The notes beneath the pieces are model-generated. The model was not told the origin of the DNA, did not search any database, and was given only the letters and a program-made list of their open reading frames with translations. DNA of 64,000 nucleotides from a bacterium (GTDB lineage Bacteria > Patescibacteriota > WWE3 > 2-01-FULL-39-13 > JAACPI01): positions 2,965 to 66,964 of the forward strand of contig JAACPI010000002.1 of NCBI GenBank assembly GCA_009995545.1. Reading direction: 5' to 3'. Shown here one piece after another: positions 17,370 through 26,922 of the stretch (positions are counted from its first letter, which is position 1; the number at the start of each line of letters is the position of its first letter). Position numbers and translations under genes: made by a program.

Positions 17370-18023
17370 TTAGGAAATTTTATATCCCATACCCCTTGAA
17401 GTTTTTATTATCTCCTTGCCTATTTTTTTTCTAAGATAACCAATATAAACATCTACTACATTAGTTTCGATATCTATATCAGTTTCCCAAACATGGTTTA
17501 ATATTTCAGTTTTAGAAATTATTTTTCCTTTATTTAAAGCTAAATACTCTAAAAGTGCGTATTCTTTGCTAGATAAATCTACTTCTTTTTCTTTCACTTT
17601 TACCAACTTTTTATCCATATCTAGGTAAAAATCGTTCGAATTAATTATATTAGTAGAATTATTAGAGGTTCTTCTAATTAAAGCTTTTAACCTAGCAAAA
17701 AGTTCTGCGGTGCTAAAAGGTTTAATTAAATAATCGTCGGCACCCACACTTAAACCATTAACTCTATCATCTATTGAGTCTCTAGCCGTTAACATTAATA
17801 TAGGAGTTTTAAAACCGTCTTCTCTAATTTGGGTACAAAATTCAAAACCATTACCATCAGGAAGATTAATATCGAGAATAATAATTGAGTATTCGTTATC
17901 GTAAAATTTAGCCAATGCAGCTTTTATGCTCAATGCGGGGTCTACAACGTAAGACTCTCTTTCTAAAGCAGTTTTTAGGTTTTTAGACAACTTAAGGTCA
18001 TCTTCAACTAAAAGTATTTTCAT
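17370..18023 (-). CDS. OmpR/PhoB family response regulator
   Basis: VEDD, LDINLPDG, GADDYLIKPF, VDVYIGYLRKK, TSRGMGY. Confidence 0.95.
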   Translation of the reverse strand: MKILLVEDDLKLSKNLKTALERESYVVDPALSIKAALAKFYDNEYSIIILDINLPDGNGFEFCTQIREDGFKTPILMLTARDSIDDRVNGLSVGADDYLIKPFSTAELFARLKALIRRTSNNSTNIINSNDFYLDMDKKLVKVKEKEVDLSSKEYALLEYLALNKGKIISKTEILNHVWETDIDIETNVVDVYIGYLRKKIGKEIIKTSRGMGYKIS

Positions 18024-18029
18024 ATAGCT

Positions 18030-18060
18030 ATTATAGTTAAAAACTTAAGAAGAAGCTAAG
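18030..18060 (-). promoter_or_regulatory. Leaderless promoter with CTTAG-N6-CTTAA direct repeat
   Basis: Minus strand reads cttag cttctt cttaa gtttttaac TATAAT agctat ATG. Confidence 0.6.
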
Positions 18061-18091
18061 ACAGAGGGGTTGAAAAATTATAAGAAAATAA

Positions 18092-18856
18092 TTATTTTTT
18101 TGTGTAAGTAAAAAAAGTATCTTTTTCTTTAAAACCTAATTTTAAATAATTGTTATAACTAGCACCTTCTTTTTGTACAATAGCAAAAACATTTTTTACT
18201 CCATGATCAAAAGCTAGGTTACACCGATATTTTACCAAAGTATCAAAATAACCTTTTCTTCTGTGTGCAGGGTGTGTTGCCGCATTATGCAAATAGGCTA
18301 TATTATCTTTTTTATCTACTATTAAAAAACCAAAAGCCACTGGAAGGCCATTTTTATATAACAGCAGATTATGAAAATGTTTATCAGTAATATTTTTTTT
18401 ATGATTATACTCAAAAAGTTCGGTGTACCCTTTACTATCAAAATCATCGCCAAAAACTCCGTCTGCTAAAAGTATCTGATCTTTAATATTAGAGTCATTT
18501 AGTTCCTGTATTTCTGCGTCGGGGACAATAAACTTCTTTGTTAATTTTAAACCCAGGTAAAAGTCACTATCAGACTCTGTATAACCCTTTGAGTGTAAAT
18601 AACTTTGATACTCTGTTTGCTGACTTTGATTAATATAAAAACAGTTTTGCCTGTTTAGCATTTTTTCTGTCTTTAAAAGCTTATTTAAGGAATACTCATC
18701 TAAATTTTCGGGAGAGCAATTAGGAACAATCCAATTCCACCAAGGTTCTTTAAAGTACGATGTGTAGTAAGTAAATGTAGGGTATTTTTTTGTTTCTTTA
18801 AACAAAATACCGGTAAATAACTTTTCAGCTTTTTCAAAAATTAAATGTGAGGGCAT
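18092..18856 (-). CDS. GNAT family N-acetyltransferase
   Basis: AYLHNAATHPAHRRKGY (acetyl-CoA motif A) and YLKLGF. Confidence 0.88.
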   Translation of the reverse strand: MPSHLIFEKAEKLFTGILFKETKKYPTFTYYTSYFKEPWWNWIVPNCSPENLDEYSLNKLLKTEKMLNRQNCFYINQSQQTEYQSYLHSKGYTESDSDFYLGLKLTKKFIVPDAEIQELNDSNIKDQILLADGVFGDDFDSKGYTELFEYNHKKNITDKHFHNLLLYKNGLPVAFGFLIVDKKDNIAYLHNAATHPAHRRKGYFDTLVKYRCNLAFDHGVKNVFAIVQKEGASYNNYLKLGFKEKDTFFTYTKK

Positions 18857-18903
18857 ATAATATTATTATACAGAAAACGAAATAAAGAGGACTATAGTTA
18901 AAT

Positions 18904-19401
18904 TCACAGACTAAACTCCACTAAAACAGGTCTTACAGATTCTTTTTGACCTTCAAAATTTAGGTATTCCTCAATATCCGAAATAGGCACCCATTTTGCT
19001 ACTTTTATTTTTTCCTCTTCATTAGGTTTTATATTGTCTCTATCCCCTAGGTATTTAAGAACAAACTGATGGTTTTTTTGACCTCTGTAGGAAGAACCTT
19101 TTTTTTCAATATTGGTGCTGACTGTATTGTCATCCCACTCGTAGTCTAAAGTTTTAGTACTTTTACCAACCAATTTATAAAGTTGTTCTTTGGTGTAGAT
19201 TTCTTCTTCTAATTCTCTAAACAAAGCCTGTAATAAATCTTCCCCTTCTTCAACCCCACCTCCAGGAAATGTCCATAAGTGATCTGGGTAAGTAGTTTTT
19301 TGAACCAATAAAATATTTCCCAAACCGTCTATAATATAAGCAACTACACCGTTTCGATATCGTAATTCTTCCCTGTTGAATTTTTGCACTGATTTTTCCA
19401 T
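18904..19401 (-). CDS. NUDIX hydrolase (RppH/Ap4A hydrolase-like)
   Basis: YRNGV, WTFPGGGVEEGEDLLQALFRELEEEI, YRGQK. Confidence 0.88.
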   Translation of the reverse strand: MEKSVQKFNREELRYRNGVVAYIIDGLGNILLVQKTTYPDHLWTFPGGGVEEGEDLLQALFRELEEEIYTKEQLYKLVGKSTKTLDYEWDDNTVSTNIEKKGSSYRGQKNHQFVLKYLGDRDNIKPNEEEKIKVAKWVPISDIEEYLNFEGQKESVRPVLVEFSL

Positions 19402-19572
19402 TTAGGTAAATTAACTCTTAATAGTAATGCTATTATAGACATATCAAAACATAGTAACCAGTAAGTTAGACCTGCAAACTTATTGATATAATATAAGTAA
19501 CTTTTAAAACATAATGACCGCTTTTTTTAGAGCGGCCATTTTGTTTTGAGTTAGCTATGTTCAACAAATACT

Positions 19573-20601
19573 ATGAAATTTATAGCTTACACAGTTAAAG
19601 GTTTAGAGCAAATTGCCGCGGGCGAAATAGAAAATAATATAATTAATTCCAAAATAGAGGAGTTGGGTGATAAATTTGTGGTTTTTAATGCAGATATACA
19701 TGACATAAATTTAGATAAACTTAAAACTATAGATGATATTGGAATTGTAATACTGCAGTTAAAAAAACCTAAAAAACTTATTGCACAAGATTTAGTAGAA
19801 GAAGTAATCAATTTAAATTTAACAGAAACTACAGCTCAAATTCAAAACTTTAGAAATTTGGACAATACCTTTTCAATTACTTTAAGTATAAGTAGTTTAA
19901 GAATTAAAAAATTAGATCTACAAAATAACTTAGCAACATTAATAACAAAAAAATATAGTTGGGAGTATACCCCATTAAATCACTCAAATTTTGATATTCG
20001 GTTATTTTTAAACCGAAAAATAGGCTTTGTTTCAGTTAAATTAGCAAGAGAATCTTTACACAAAAGAAAATACAAAGAATATAGCTCAATGGGGTCGCTA
20101 AAACCTACTGTTGCAGCAGCAATGATTTTTTTACTAACCGACAAAAGAGAAGAAAATGTAGTGGATAACTTTTGCGGAAGCGGAACTATTTTGGCAGAAG
20201 CTTTTAACTTAGGTTTAAATATTTATGGAGGAGATATAGAACTCCTAAATGTTTTAAACACAAATAAAAATTTAACCAACCTAAGTTTTAAAAACTCTAA
20301 AAATATTAAACAGTTAGATGCTACAAAAACTAACTGGCCCAGTAATTACTTTGATTTAGTCGCATCAAATTTACCTTGGGACAAGCAAGTGGGTGTAGAG
20401 AGCATTACCAATTTATATATAGATAGCTTAAAGGAATATCAACGAATTTTAAAACCCAATGCAAGTCTGTGCCTGTTGGTTCACAAACCACAAATACTAA
20501 TAAAATATGCCAAAAAATACTTCCCTAATCATAAAATACAAAGCACTAAAATAAGCTTTACAGGCCAAAGTCCTACAATTGTTTTAATAAAGTCCTTTTA
20601 A
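19573..20601 (+). CDS. THUMP-domain RNA guanine methyltransferase (Trm14/RlmL-like, UPF0020)
   Basis: TVKGLE, LHKRKY, GSLKPTVAAAM, DNFCGSGTILAE, SNLPW. Confidence 0.85.
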   Translation: MKFIAYTVKGLEQIAAGEIENNIINSKIEELGDKFVVFNADIHDINLDKLKTIDDIGIVILQLKKPKKLIAQDLVEEVINLNLTETTAQIQNFRNLDNTFSITLSISSLRIKKLDLQNNLATLITKKYSWEYTPLNHSNFDIRLFLNRKIGFVSVKLARESLHKRKYKEYSSMGSLKPTVAAAMIFLLTDKREENVVDNFCGSGTILAEAFNLGLNIYGGDIELLNVLNTNKNLTNLSFKNSKNIKQLDATKTNWPSNYFDLVASNLPWDKQVGVESITNLYIDSLKEYQRILKPNASLCLLVHKPQILIKYAKKYFPNHKIQSTKISFTGQSPTIVLIKSF

Positions 20602-20645
20602 AACAGGGCAGGTGCTAAATTTAAGTAGTGTAAACTTAGTAGATA

Positions 20646-21107
20646 CTACGGGTTTTTAATCTTAACCTTATCAATATTTTCAACACAGAGCCAAGCAGCA
20701 GAACTACCAAACCCAGTTTTATTTATATTAAAAGGTTCAACCTTTTTTACCTTTTCTAAAAAAATTAAAATACAGTATTTTTTATTACTCTGCTTTTTAC
20801 CCCAGGCTAAAAATTCTTTTGAGAGTGTATCGGGTGCTATCTGCCTTCCATAATTTTTAATTATTTGAACGATTACGTTTTCATTCAAGCTGGAATACTG
20901 CGAAACACTTTTAACTTTTGATTTTGCAGTAATAGCACACCCAGATTCTTTAAAATAAACCGTGTCTCCCTTAAAAATTTTACCCCAGGGTGCCACTTTA
21001 TTTACATACCAACGAGATTCAATGGTTTTATTGCCTGCCAATATATTACCTAGTAGATCATCACCTTTTTTGATATTAGATTTTCTAAGAATAGCTACGT
21101 GATCCAT
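20646..21107 (-). CDS. ASCH domain protein
   Basis: ILAGNKTIESR (GxKxxExR) and GDTVYF. Confidence 0.82.
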   Translation of the reverse strand: MDHVAILRKSNIKKGDDLLGNILAGNKTIESRWYVNKVAPWGKIFKGDTVYFKESGCAITAKSKVKSVSQYSSLNENVIVQIIKNYGRQIAPDTLSKEFLAWGKKQSNKKYCILIFLEKVKKVEPFNINKTGFGSSAAWLCVENIDKVKIKNP

Positions 21108-21131
21108 GTTTAATTTAGAGACGAATGAATA

Positions 21132-21710
21132 TTAACTTGTGAGAATAAATCTTAATAAAACACCTACTGATCTGTCTTCCTTAACTTTACCGGAAAGTAA
21201 AATTTCTTTTGCATCTTTAAAAGTATACCAACCTACTTCAATGTTCTCCCCGTGTTCTAATTTTTGAATTTCATTTTTAGAAAAGTCCTTAACAACAAAA
21301 TAATATAAATCCCACTCTACTGTCGCCCCACACCTACTAGTGTGAAAATGCTTTAAAGATTTAACCACAATACCAACTTCCTCTGAGGCTTCTTTTATAG
21401 CAGCTTCCTCTGCTTGTTTTAAAATATCCCTCTTGATCGATAAAAAATTATTATAGTCCGTAAGTTTGTCAAAAACCTTGCCTCCAGGTAATCTAAAATC
21501 CCAATCTTTTAATTCAATTCTCCACTCTTTAGATAATAAAATCTTATTATCTGGGGATATAATGATTAACCTTACACCGGGGGCCCTACGTGCCTTTTCA
21601 AAGGTAACTACTTTAGAACCGATTTGCATATCTTGCTGCACAAGTTCAAGTATGTTTCCCCGAGATACTATCTTTTCTTCTCCCTTGGGAGTAGGTATGT
21701 TAGTTTTCAT
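21132..21710 (-). CDS. NUDIX hydrolase (ADP-ribose pyrophosphatase-like)
   Basis: RLPGG...AAIKEASEEVG and LEHGENI. Start moved to the ATG at 21710 because the longer ORF overlaps tRNA-Pro. Confidence 0.85.
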   Translation of the reverse strand: MKTNIPTPKGEEKIVSRGNILELVQQDMQIGSKVVTFEKARRAPGVRLIIISPDNKILLSKEWRIELKDWDFRLPGGKVFDKLTDYNNFLSIKRDILKQAEEAAIKEASEEVGIVVKSLKHFHTSRCGATVEWDLYYFVVKDFSKNEIQKLEHGENIEVGWYTFKDAKEILLSGKVKEDRSVGVLLRFILTS

Positions 21711-21722
21711 AATGTGTAACTT

Positions 21723-21799
21723 TGGTCGGGGTGACAGGACTTGAACCTGCGACCTCTCGCACCCCATGCGAACGCGCTAGCCAACTGCGCTACACCCCG
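21723..21799 (-). tRNA. tRNA-Pro(GGG)
   Basis: CGGGGTGTAGCGCAGTTGG...anticodon loop ATGGGGT...GGTTCAAGTCC...CACCCCGACCA; CCA is encoded. Confidence 0.95.
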
Positions 21800-21902
21800 A
21801 TAAACTACTTATAAAGATACTAAATAAGCAAAAGAAAGTATAGCTACAGTCTTCTTTTGCACTCTGATATACTAAATTTAATACTCAAATTTTATTTATA
21901 CT

Positions 21903-22118
21903 ATGGATCCGGAGTTAAGAGCCCGACTAGATGCACAAGATCAAGCTATAGCAGCAATTTACGCCTCTGCAGAAAAATCACGAAAATATTTCTTATGGAC
22001 ACTAATTATTACAATCGTGACTATAGTCTTGCCAATTATTGGAATGTTGTTTGCAATACCCATGTTAATGAACGCCTATAGCTCAGCTCTTGGGGGTGCG
22101 GGAATGCTAGGTCTCTAA
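21903..22118 (+). CDS. Small hypothetical membrane protein
   Basis: Short coiled segment followed by a long hydrophobic segment. Confidence 0.7.
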   Translation: MDPELRARLDAQDQAIAAIYASAEKSRKYFLWTLIITIVTIVLPIIGMLFAIPMLMNAYSSALGGAGMLGL

Positions 22119-22763
22119 TAATAGATTTTCTATTTGATCGTAACTAAAACCCCTAGAAACCAAATATCTAGTTATACTGCTTTTTCTTTTATACTCATTT
22201 TCTATTTTTGCGCATTTTTTAGTAGCTTTTAAATATTCTTTATTTAAAGCTTTCGAAAAATCTACTTGCTCTAAAGACGCTTCTGAAATCTCTTTGTTTA
22301 TACCCTTTTGATATAAATCTTGTTTAATAAACATAGGACCCTTTCCTTGGGTAACTCGTTGTTCAACTAGCCACTTTGCAAAAGCTTCATCATTTAAATA
22401 GTCGTATTTTTTTAAAAACTCTAAAGTTGAATCAATTATTTGGGAATATAATTTTGGAATATTTAAGCTAGATACTTTAAGTGATTTTGATAAACGCTTG
22501 GATAATACTTCGTTTATTTTATTAAATACTTCTTTTTCACTTCGAGGTCTAAAACCTAAGTAATTAAGGGCTTTCTCTTTTAAATACTCCTTATTCTCAT
22601 CAAGAACCACTAATTCTATTTGTTCGGGTACAAAATTAGACCCTTCAGTAAGTTTGTATTTACCTAAAACGTAATCACTAACCGAAAAGGCAAAGTCGTT
22701 ATCTAAAAATATAGAAAATCGACCTCCTTTTTTAGTAGGCTCTACTTTACTTATTAAAGGCAT
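22107..22763 (-). CDS. recX: Regulatory protein RecX
   Basis: RPRSEKE, YLNDEAFA, KGPMFIKQDLYQKGI, YLVSRGF; directly downstream of recA. Confidence 0.9.
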   Translation of the reverse strand: MPLISKVEPTKKGGRFSIFLDNDFAFSVSDYVLGKYKLTEGSNFVPEQIELVVLDENKEYLKEKALNYLGFRPRSEKEVFNKINEVLSKRLSKSLKVSSLNIPKLYSQIIDSTLEFLKKYDYLNDEAFAKWLVEQRVTQGKGPMFIKQDLYQKGINKEISEASLEQVDFSKALNKEYLKATKKCAKIENEYKRKSSITRYLVSRGFSYDQIENLLLET

Positions 22764-22769
22764 TATTTT

Positions 22770-23855
22770 TTACGAATCAGAATCTTCATGTGTACTAGAA
22801 GTTCCTATTTCTAGCATTTCATCATCTCCCTTTTTTGCTTTATTATAGATTTCTTTTTCTATTTCTTCGGCAACTTTAGGGTTTTCTTTTAAGTATATTT
22901 TTGCGGCATCCCTACCTTGTGAAATATTGTCACCTTTATAGCTGTACCAAGCACCCGCTTTTTGCAAAACTTCTAGCTCCACACCTACATCTACCAAATT
23001 ACCCATTTTACTAATCCCCTCGGCAAACATAATGTCAAACTCTGCAACCTTAAAAGGTGGCGCAACTTTATTTTTAACAACTTTAACCTTTACTCTGTTT
23101 CCTGTAATTTCGTCTCCTTCAGTAATACTCCCTGTTCTTCTTATATCCAAACGAACACTAGCGTAAAATCTTAATGCCCTACCTCCTGGAGTTGTTTCGG
23201 GATTACCAAACATAACACCAATTTTTTCCCTTATTTGATTGGTAAAAATAACAGTAGTGTTAGTTTTATTTATAGCTCCTGTAATTTTTCTAAGTGCCTG
23301 GCTCATTAACCTGGCCTGTAAACCCATATGACTATCTCCCATTTCTCCTTCGATTTCTGCTCGAGGAGTTAGAGCTGCAACAGAATCTATAACTACTAAA
23401 TCCACAGCCCCACTTCTAATTAGTTTTTCGGCAATTTCTAAACCCTGCTCACCTGTGTCTGGTTGAGAAACATATAAGTCATCTATATTTACCCCTATTG
23501 TTTTAGCATAAATGGGGTCTAAAGCATGCTCCGCATCTATAAAGGCACAGATACCACCTTTTCTTTGAGACTCGGCAACTATGTGTAAAACTAAAGTGGT
23601 TTTACCCGAGGACTCAGGACCAAAAATTTCTATAACTCTGCCTTTAGGAACACCTCCTATGCCTAAAGCTAAATCTAAAGCTATAGCTCCAGTTTTAATA
23701 ACTTCCGCATTGCTAAATCTAGGGGATTCTCCAAGTTTTATCACAGCACCAGTTCCAAATTCTTTTTCAATTAAAGATATAGCGCTTTTTAACGCAGCTG
23801 CTTTTCCGGAATTCTGTGCTTCTTTTTTGCTGTCTTCTATTGGTTTTTTAGGCAT
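22770..23855 (-). CDS. recA: Recombinase RecA
   Basis: [37 protein letters not shown]. Confidence 0.99.
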   Translation of the reverse strand: MPKKPIEDSKKEAQNSGKAAALKSAISLIEKEFGTGAVIKLGESPRFSNAEVIKTGAIALDLALGIGGVPKGRVIEIFGPESSGKTTLVLHIVAESQRKGGICAFIDAEHALDPIYAKTIGVNIDDLYVSQPDTGEQGLEIAEKLIRSGAVDLVVIDSVAALTPRAEIEGEMGDSHMGLQARLMSQALRKITGAINKTNTTVIFTNQIREKIGVMFGNPETTPGGRALRFYASVRLDIRRTGSITEGDEITGNRVKVKVVKNKVAPPFKVAEFDIMFAEGISKMGNLVDVGVELEVLQKAGAWYSYKGDNISQGRDAAKIYLKENPKVAEEIEKEIYNKAKKGDDEMLEIGTSSTHEDSDS

Positions 23856-23927
23856 GTTATTTTAGTAAATTTATAAATTATCGTCTGTGTTAGTTCTTAT
23901 ATTACTATAACATAAAAAACTTTTCTG

Positions 23928-23943
23928 TTCGTATTTTATTCGG
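23928..23943. promoter_or_regulatory. Candidate SOS (LexA) direct-repeat operator TTCGT-N6-TTCGG upstream of recA
   Basis: 11-bp-period repeat overlapping the expected -35 of a TGtTATAGT extended -10 promoter facing recA. Confidence 0.5.
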
Positions 23944-24182
23944 AACACTTGTTTGCTGATTTTAAACCCAGTGTGTAGTATAATCCCCCACAGAAAGATG
24001 TTCATTATTAACTTTAAAGAGCACTAATATAAAGCAAAACAATGGAAAATATATTTACAAGAATAAGTTTCAATTATCTTAATTACTTAATCTCCAATAT
24101 ATCTTAGAAGCCAGAGGTCTAGGTACCTTTTGTCTTTTATTTAATCCAAAACTTTTCTTTACATTGGTGTGTTTTACAAACT

Positions 24183-25679
24183 ATGTTAGAAGTTTTATTA
24201 ACTTTTTTAGTAACTACAGTAGGTGTTGGTGGGAGTGTGTTTGTTTACGCTAATCGAAAACAGAAAGAGGAGTCTTCAAAAAAAGAGGTTGAGGCGGAAA
24301 ACAAAGCAAAAAAAATAGTACTAGATGCAGAAGAGAAGGCTCTTCACATTAAAAGAAAGTCCGAAGAGGATGAGATACGAGTTAAAAAAGAATTAGCTGA
24401 AAAAGAAAAAAGAGCCGAAATCGAGAAAGAGAAGGCGAATCTGGTTAAAGAAGAATACGAAAAGAAAGAAAAGCTCATTGAAGGTGAAAGAGAAAGCCTT
24501 AATCAAAGAACAAAACAGCTAGAAGAGAAAATTAATGAGCAAATAAGTAAGCTAGATGGAATTGCAGGACTAACCAAAGAAGAAGCGAAAAAGATAATAC
24601 TAGAAAATACCGAAAAATCCCTATCCCAACAAATTGGAAAAAGAATTGCAGAAGCAGAAGAAAAAGTAAAAACCGATGTTGATGACAAAGCCCGAGAACT
24701 TTTGGTAGATGCTATGCAGCACGGAGCTAACGACTACGTTGCAGAATACACTGTAAGTACCGTTCATTTACCTTCAAAAGATGTAAAAGGTAGGATTATA
24801 GGTAAAGAAGGACGAAATATAAGATCTTTTGAAGAACAAACAGGGGTAACATTAGATTTAGACGAATCCCCAGAAGCCGTTAGAATAAGCTGCTTTGACT
24901 CAGTAAGAAGAGAAATAGCGAGAGTATCTTTAGAAAGACTTATTAAAGACGGTAGAGTACACCCCGCTAGAATCGAGGAAGTTGTAGCTAAAACCAGAGA
25001 AGAAATCGATAAAATAATGTATAAAGAGGGAGAAAAGCTAAGCCATAAAGTTGGTATATACAACCTACCCCCAGATTTAATTCAAAATTTAGGCAAATAC
25101 AAATATAGGTATTCTTATGGACAGAATATGATTGAGCATACTTTAGAAGAAACCAAAATTGGTACTAAGATTGCTCATGAAATTGGAGCGGATGTAACTG
25201 TAACAAAATTAGCTTGTTTACTTCATGATATTGGTAAGATATTTACCGACAAAGAGGGTAGCCATATAGAGCTGGCCGCTGAGTATTTAGCAAAATTTGA
25301 TATACCTAAAAAAGTTATCGAAGCTGTTGAGGATCACCACAAAGACCACCCAAGATCTGTTGAAGGTATGATAGTACAAATAGCTGACACAATTAGTGGA
25401 GGTAGACCTGGTGCTAGGTATGAAGACTACGAAGTATATGCTAAAAGGATGACCGGATTAGAGGAGGCGGCATTAAGCTTTGCTGGAGTCGATAAAGCAT
25501 ATGCGATATCTGCAGGTAGAGAAGTTAGAGTTATGCTTAAAGCCGACGAGGTAGACGATGCTTCTGCAGTCAAGTTAGCCGACGATATAGCAACTAAAAT
25601 TCAAAAAGAGAATACATACCCAGGAACAGTAAAAGTAACTGTTATAAGGGAAATGAGAGCCATAGGAGTTGCAAAATAG
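24183..25679 (+). CDS. rny: Ribonuclease Y
   Basis: N-terminal TM, coiled coil, KH motif KGRIIGKEGRNIR, HD motif LLHDIGK, AISAGREVRV. Confidence 0.97.
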   Translation: MLEVLLTFLVTTVGVGGSVFVYANRKQKEESSKKEVEAENKAKKIVLDAEEKALHIKRKSEEDEIRVKKELAEKEKRAEIEKEKANLVKEEYEKKEKLIEGERESLNQRTKQLEEKINEQISKLDGIAGLTKEEAKKIILENTEKSLSQQIGKRIAEAEEKVKTDVDDKARELLVDAMQHGANDYVAEYTVSTVHLPSKDVKGRIIGKEGRNIRSFEEQTGVTLDLDESPEAVRISCFDSVRREIARVSLERLIKDGRVHPARIEEVVAKTREEIDKIMYKEGEKLSHKVGIYNLPPDLIQNLGKYKYRYSYGQNMIEHTLEETKIGTKIAHEIGADVTVTKLACLLHDIGKIFTDKEGSHIELAAEYLAKFDIPKKVIEAVEDHHKDHPRSVEGMIVQIADTISGGRPGARYEDYEVYAKRMTGLEEAALSFAGVDKAYAISAGREVRVMLKADEVDDASAVKLADDIATKIQKENTYPGTVKVTVIREMRAIGVAK

Positions 25680-25699
25680 TTAGGGCTAAAGCTTAACAT

Positions 25700-26482
25700 A
25701 TGAATGTTTTATTTATTGGAGACATTGTAAGTAGTTTAGGAAGACAGGCCATTTCTGAATTACTACCTCAAGTTGTTAAAGAACAAAACATAGATATTGT
25801 TATAGCTAATTGCGAAAACACTACAGGAGGAAGAGGTATTTCGGTAAAACATTATCAGGAGCTTAAGGGTTACGGAATCCACGCTTTTACAGGAGGAGAC
25901 CACATCTATAGATATAAAGAAATCGAAGAATATATAGGAAATTTAGATATAGCTGTCCCCCTTAATGGTGATAAAAATTTACCAGGTAACCGTCAAGTAA
26001 CGGTAGACCTGGGTGAGGGGGAAAAACTTACCGTTATCTCGCTATTAGGAAATGCACTCATGAAAGCAGAAGCAACGAACCCCTTTCAGGCTATTGAAGA
26101 ATTGTTGCAGAGGAGAAATTTTGATCACCCAGTACTTGTAGATTTTCATGCCGAGGCTACAAGCGAAAAAAAGGCTATGGGATATTATCTCCAAGGAAGA
26201 GTCTCTGCTGTGGTAGGAACCCACACCCACGTACAGACATGTGACGAGGAAATTTTAGGAAACAAAACTGCATATATTACAGATGTTGGTATGACAGGAA
26301 GTATAAATTCTGTAGTAGGAGTTAAAAAAGAAATTATTATAAATCGCCTTAGTAAAGGGATTAAAGATAAGTTTGAATGGGAGAAAAATGGTAATTATGC
26401 CCTAAGCGCTGTTGTTATAAGCATTGACACAAATAAACAAATACCTAAGAATGTAGATAGAATTTATTTGACTAGTAGTTAA
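25700..26482 (+). CDS. ymdB: YmdB/TIGR00282 metallophosphoesterase
   Basis: FIGDI, NCEN, DFHAEATSEK, GTHTHV, TDVGMTG; follows rny. Confidence 0.93.
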   Translation: MNVLFIGDIVSSLGRQAISELLPQVVKEQNIDIVIANCENTTGGRGISVKHYQELKGYGIHAFTGGDHIYRYKEIEEYIGNLDIAVPLNGDKNLPGNRQVTVDLGEGEKLTVISLLGNALMKAEATNPFQAIEELLQRRNFDHPVLVDFHAEATSEKKAMGYYLQGRVSAVVGTHTHVQTCDEEILGNKTAYITDVGMTGSINSVVGVKKEIIINRLSKGIKDKFEWEKNGNYALSAVVISIDTNKQIPKNVDRIYLTSS

Positions 26483-26532
26483 AGGAAAAAGGTATTTTTT
26501 CTTTTTCTACGACAACCAAGGGGGTGATATTA

Positions 26533-26805
26533 ATGACTAAGACACATTTAATAGAAGCCGTAGCAAAAAAAGCCGGTATAACTAAAGCAGAATCTGCAAG
26601 AGTAGTAGAAGCTGTAGTTAATTCAGTAACAGAAACCCTAGCAAAAGGAGAAAAAGTTACTCTAACTGGTTTCGGTACTTTCGAAGTAAGACAAAGAGCT
26701 GCTCGTATGGGAAGAAACCCACAAACAGGTGCAACAATCCAAATCCCTGCACAGAGAACACCTGCGTTCAGATCTGGTAAATCCTTAAAAGACGCTGTTA
26801 AGTAA
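26533..26805 (+). CDS. hup: DNA-binding protein HU
   Basis: MTKTHLIEAVA, GFGTF, GRNPQTG; ATG at 26533 follows a G-rich GGTGA SD. Confidence 0.97.
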   Translation: MTKTHLIEAVAKKAGITKAESARVVEAVVNSVTETLAKGEKVTLTGFGTFEVRQRAARMGRNPQTGATIQIPAQRTPAFRSGKSLKDAVK

Positions 26806-26826
26806 TTCTTAACTCGCACAAACATT

Positions 26827-26855
26827 AAAGGGCGTGCTACGCACGCCCTTTTTTT
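26827..26855 (+). terminator. Rho-independent terminator of HU
   Basis: aaagggcgtgc-tac-gcacgccc followed by T7. Confidence 0.9.
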
Positions 26856-26922
26856 GTTAAGAAACCTCCCACCCGCCCTGTATAAACTATCTGTAATGCA
26901 TAAAATATGACAAGATTGAACT

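Noticed and set aside
21711-21767. N-terminal extension of the NUDIX ORF
   Set aside because: Overlaps tRNA-Pro; the ATG at 21710 is the plausible start.
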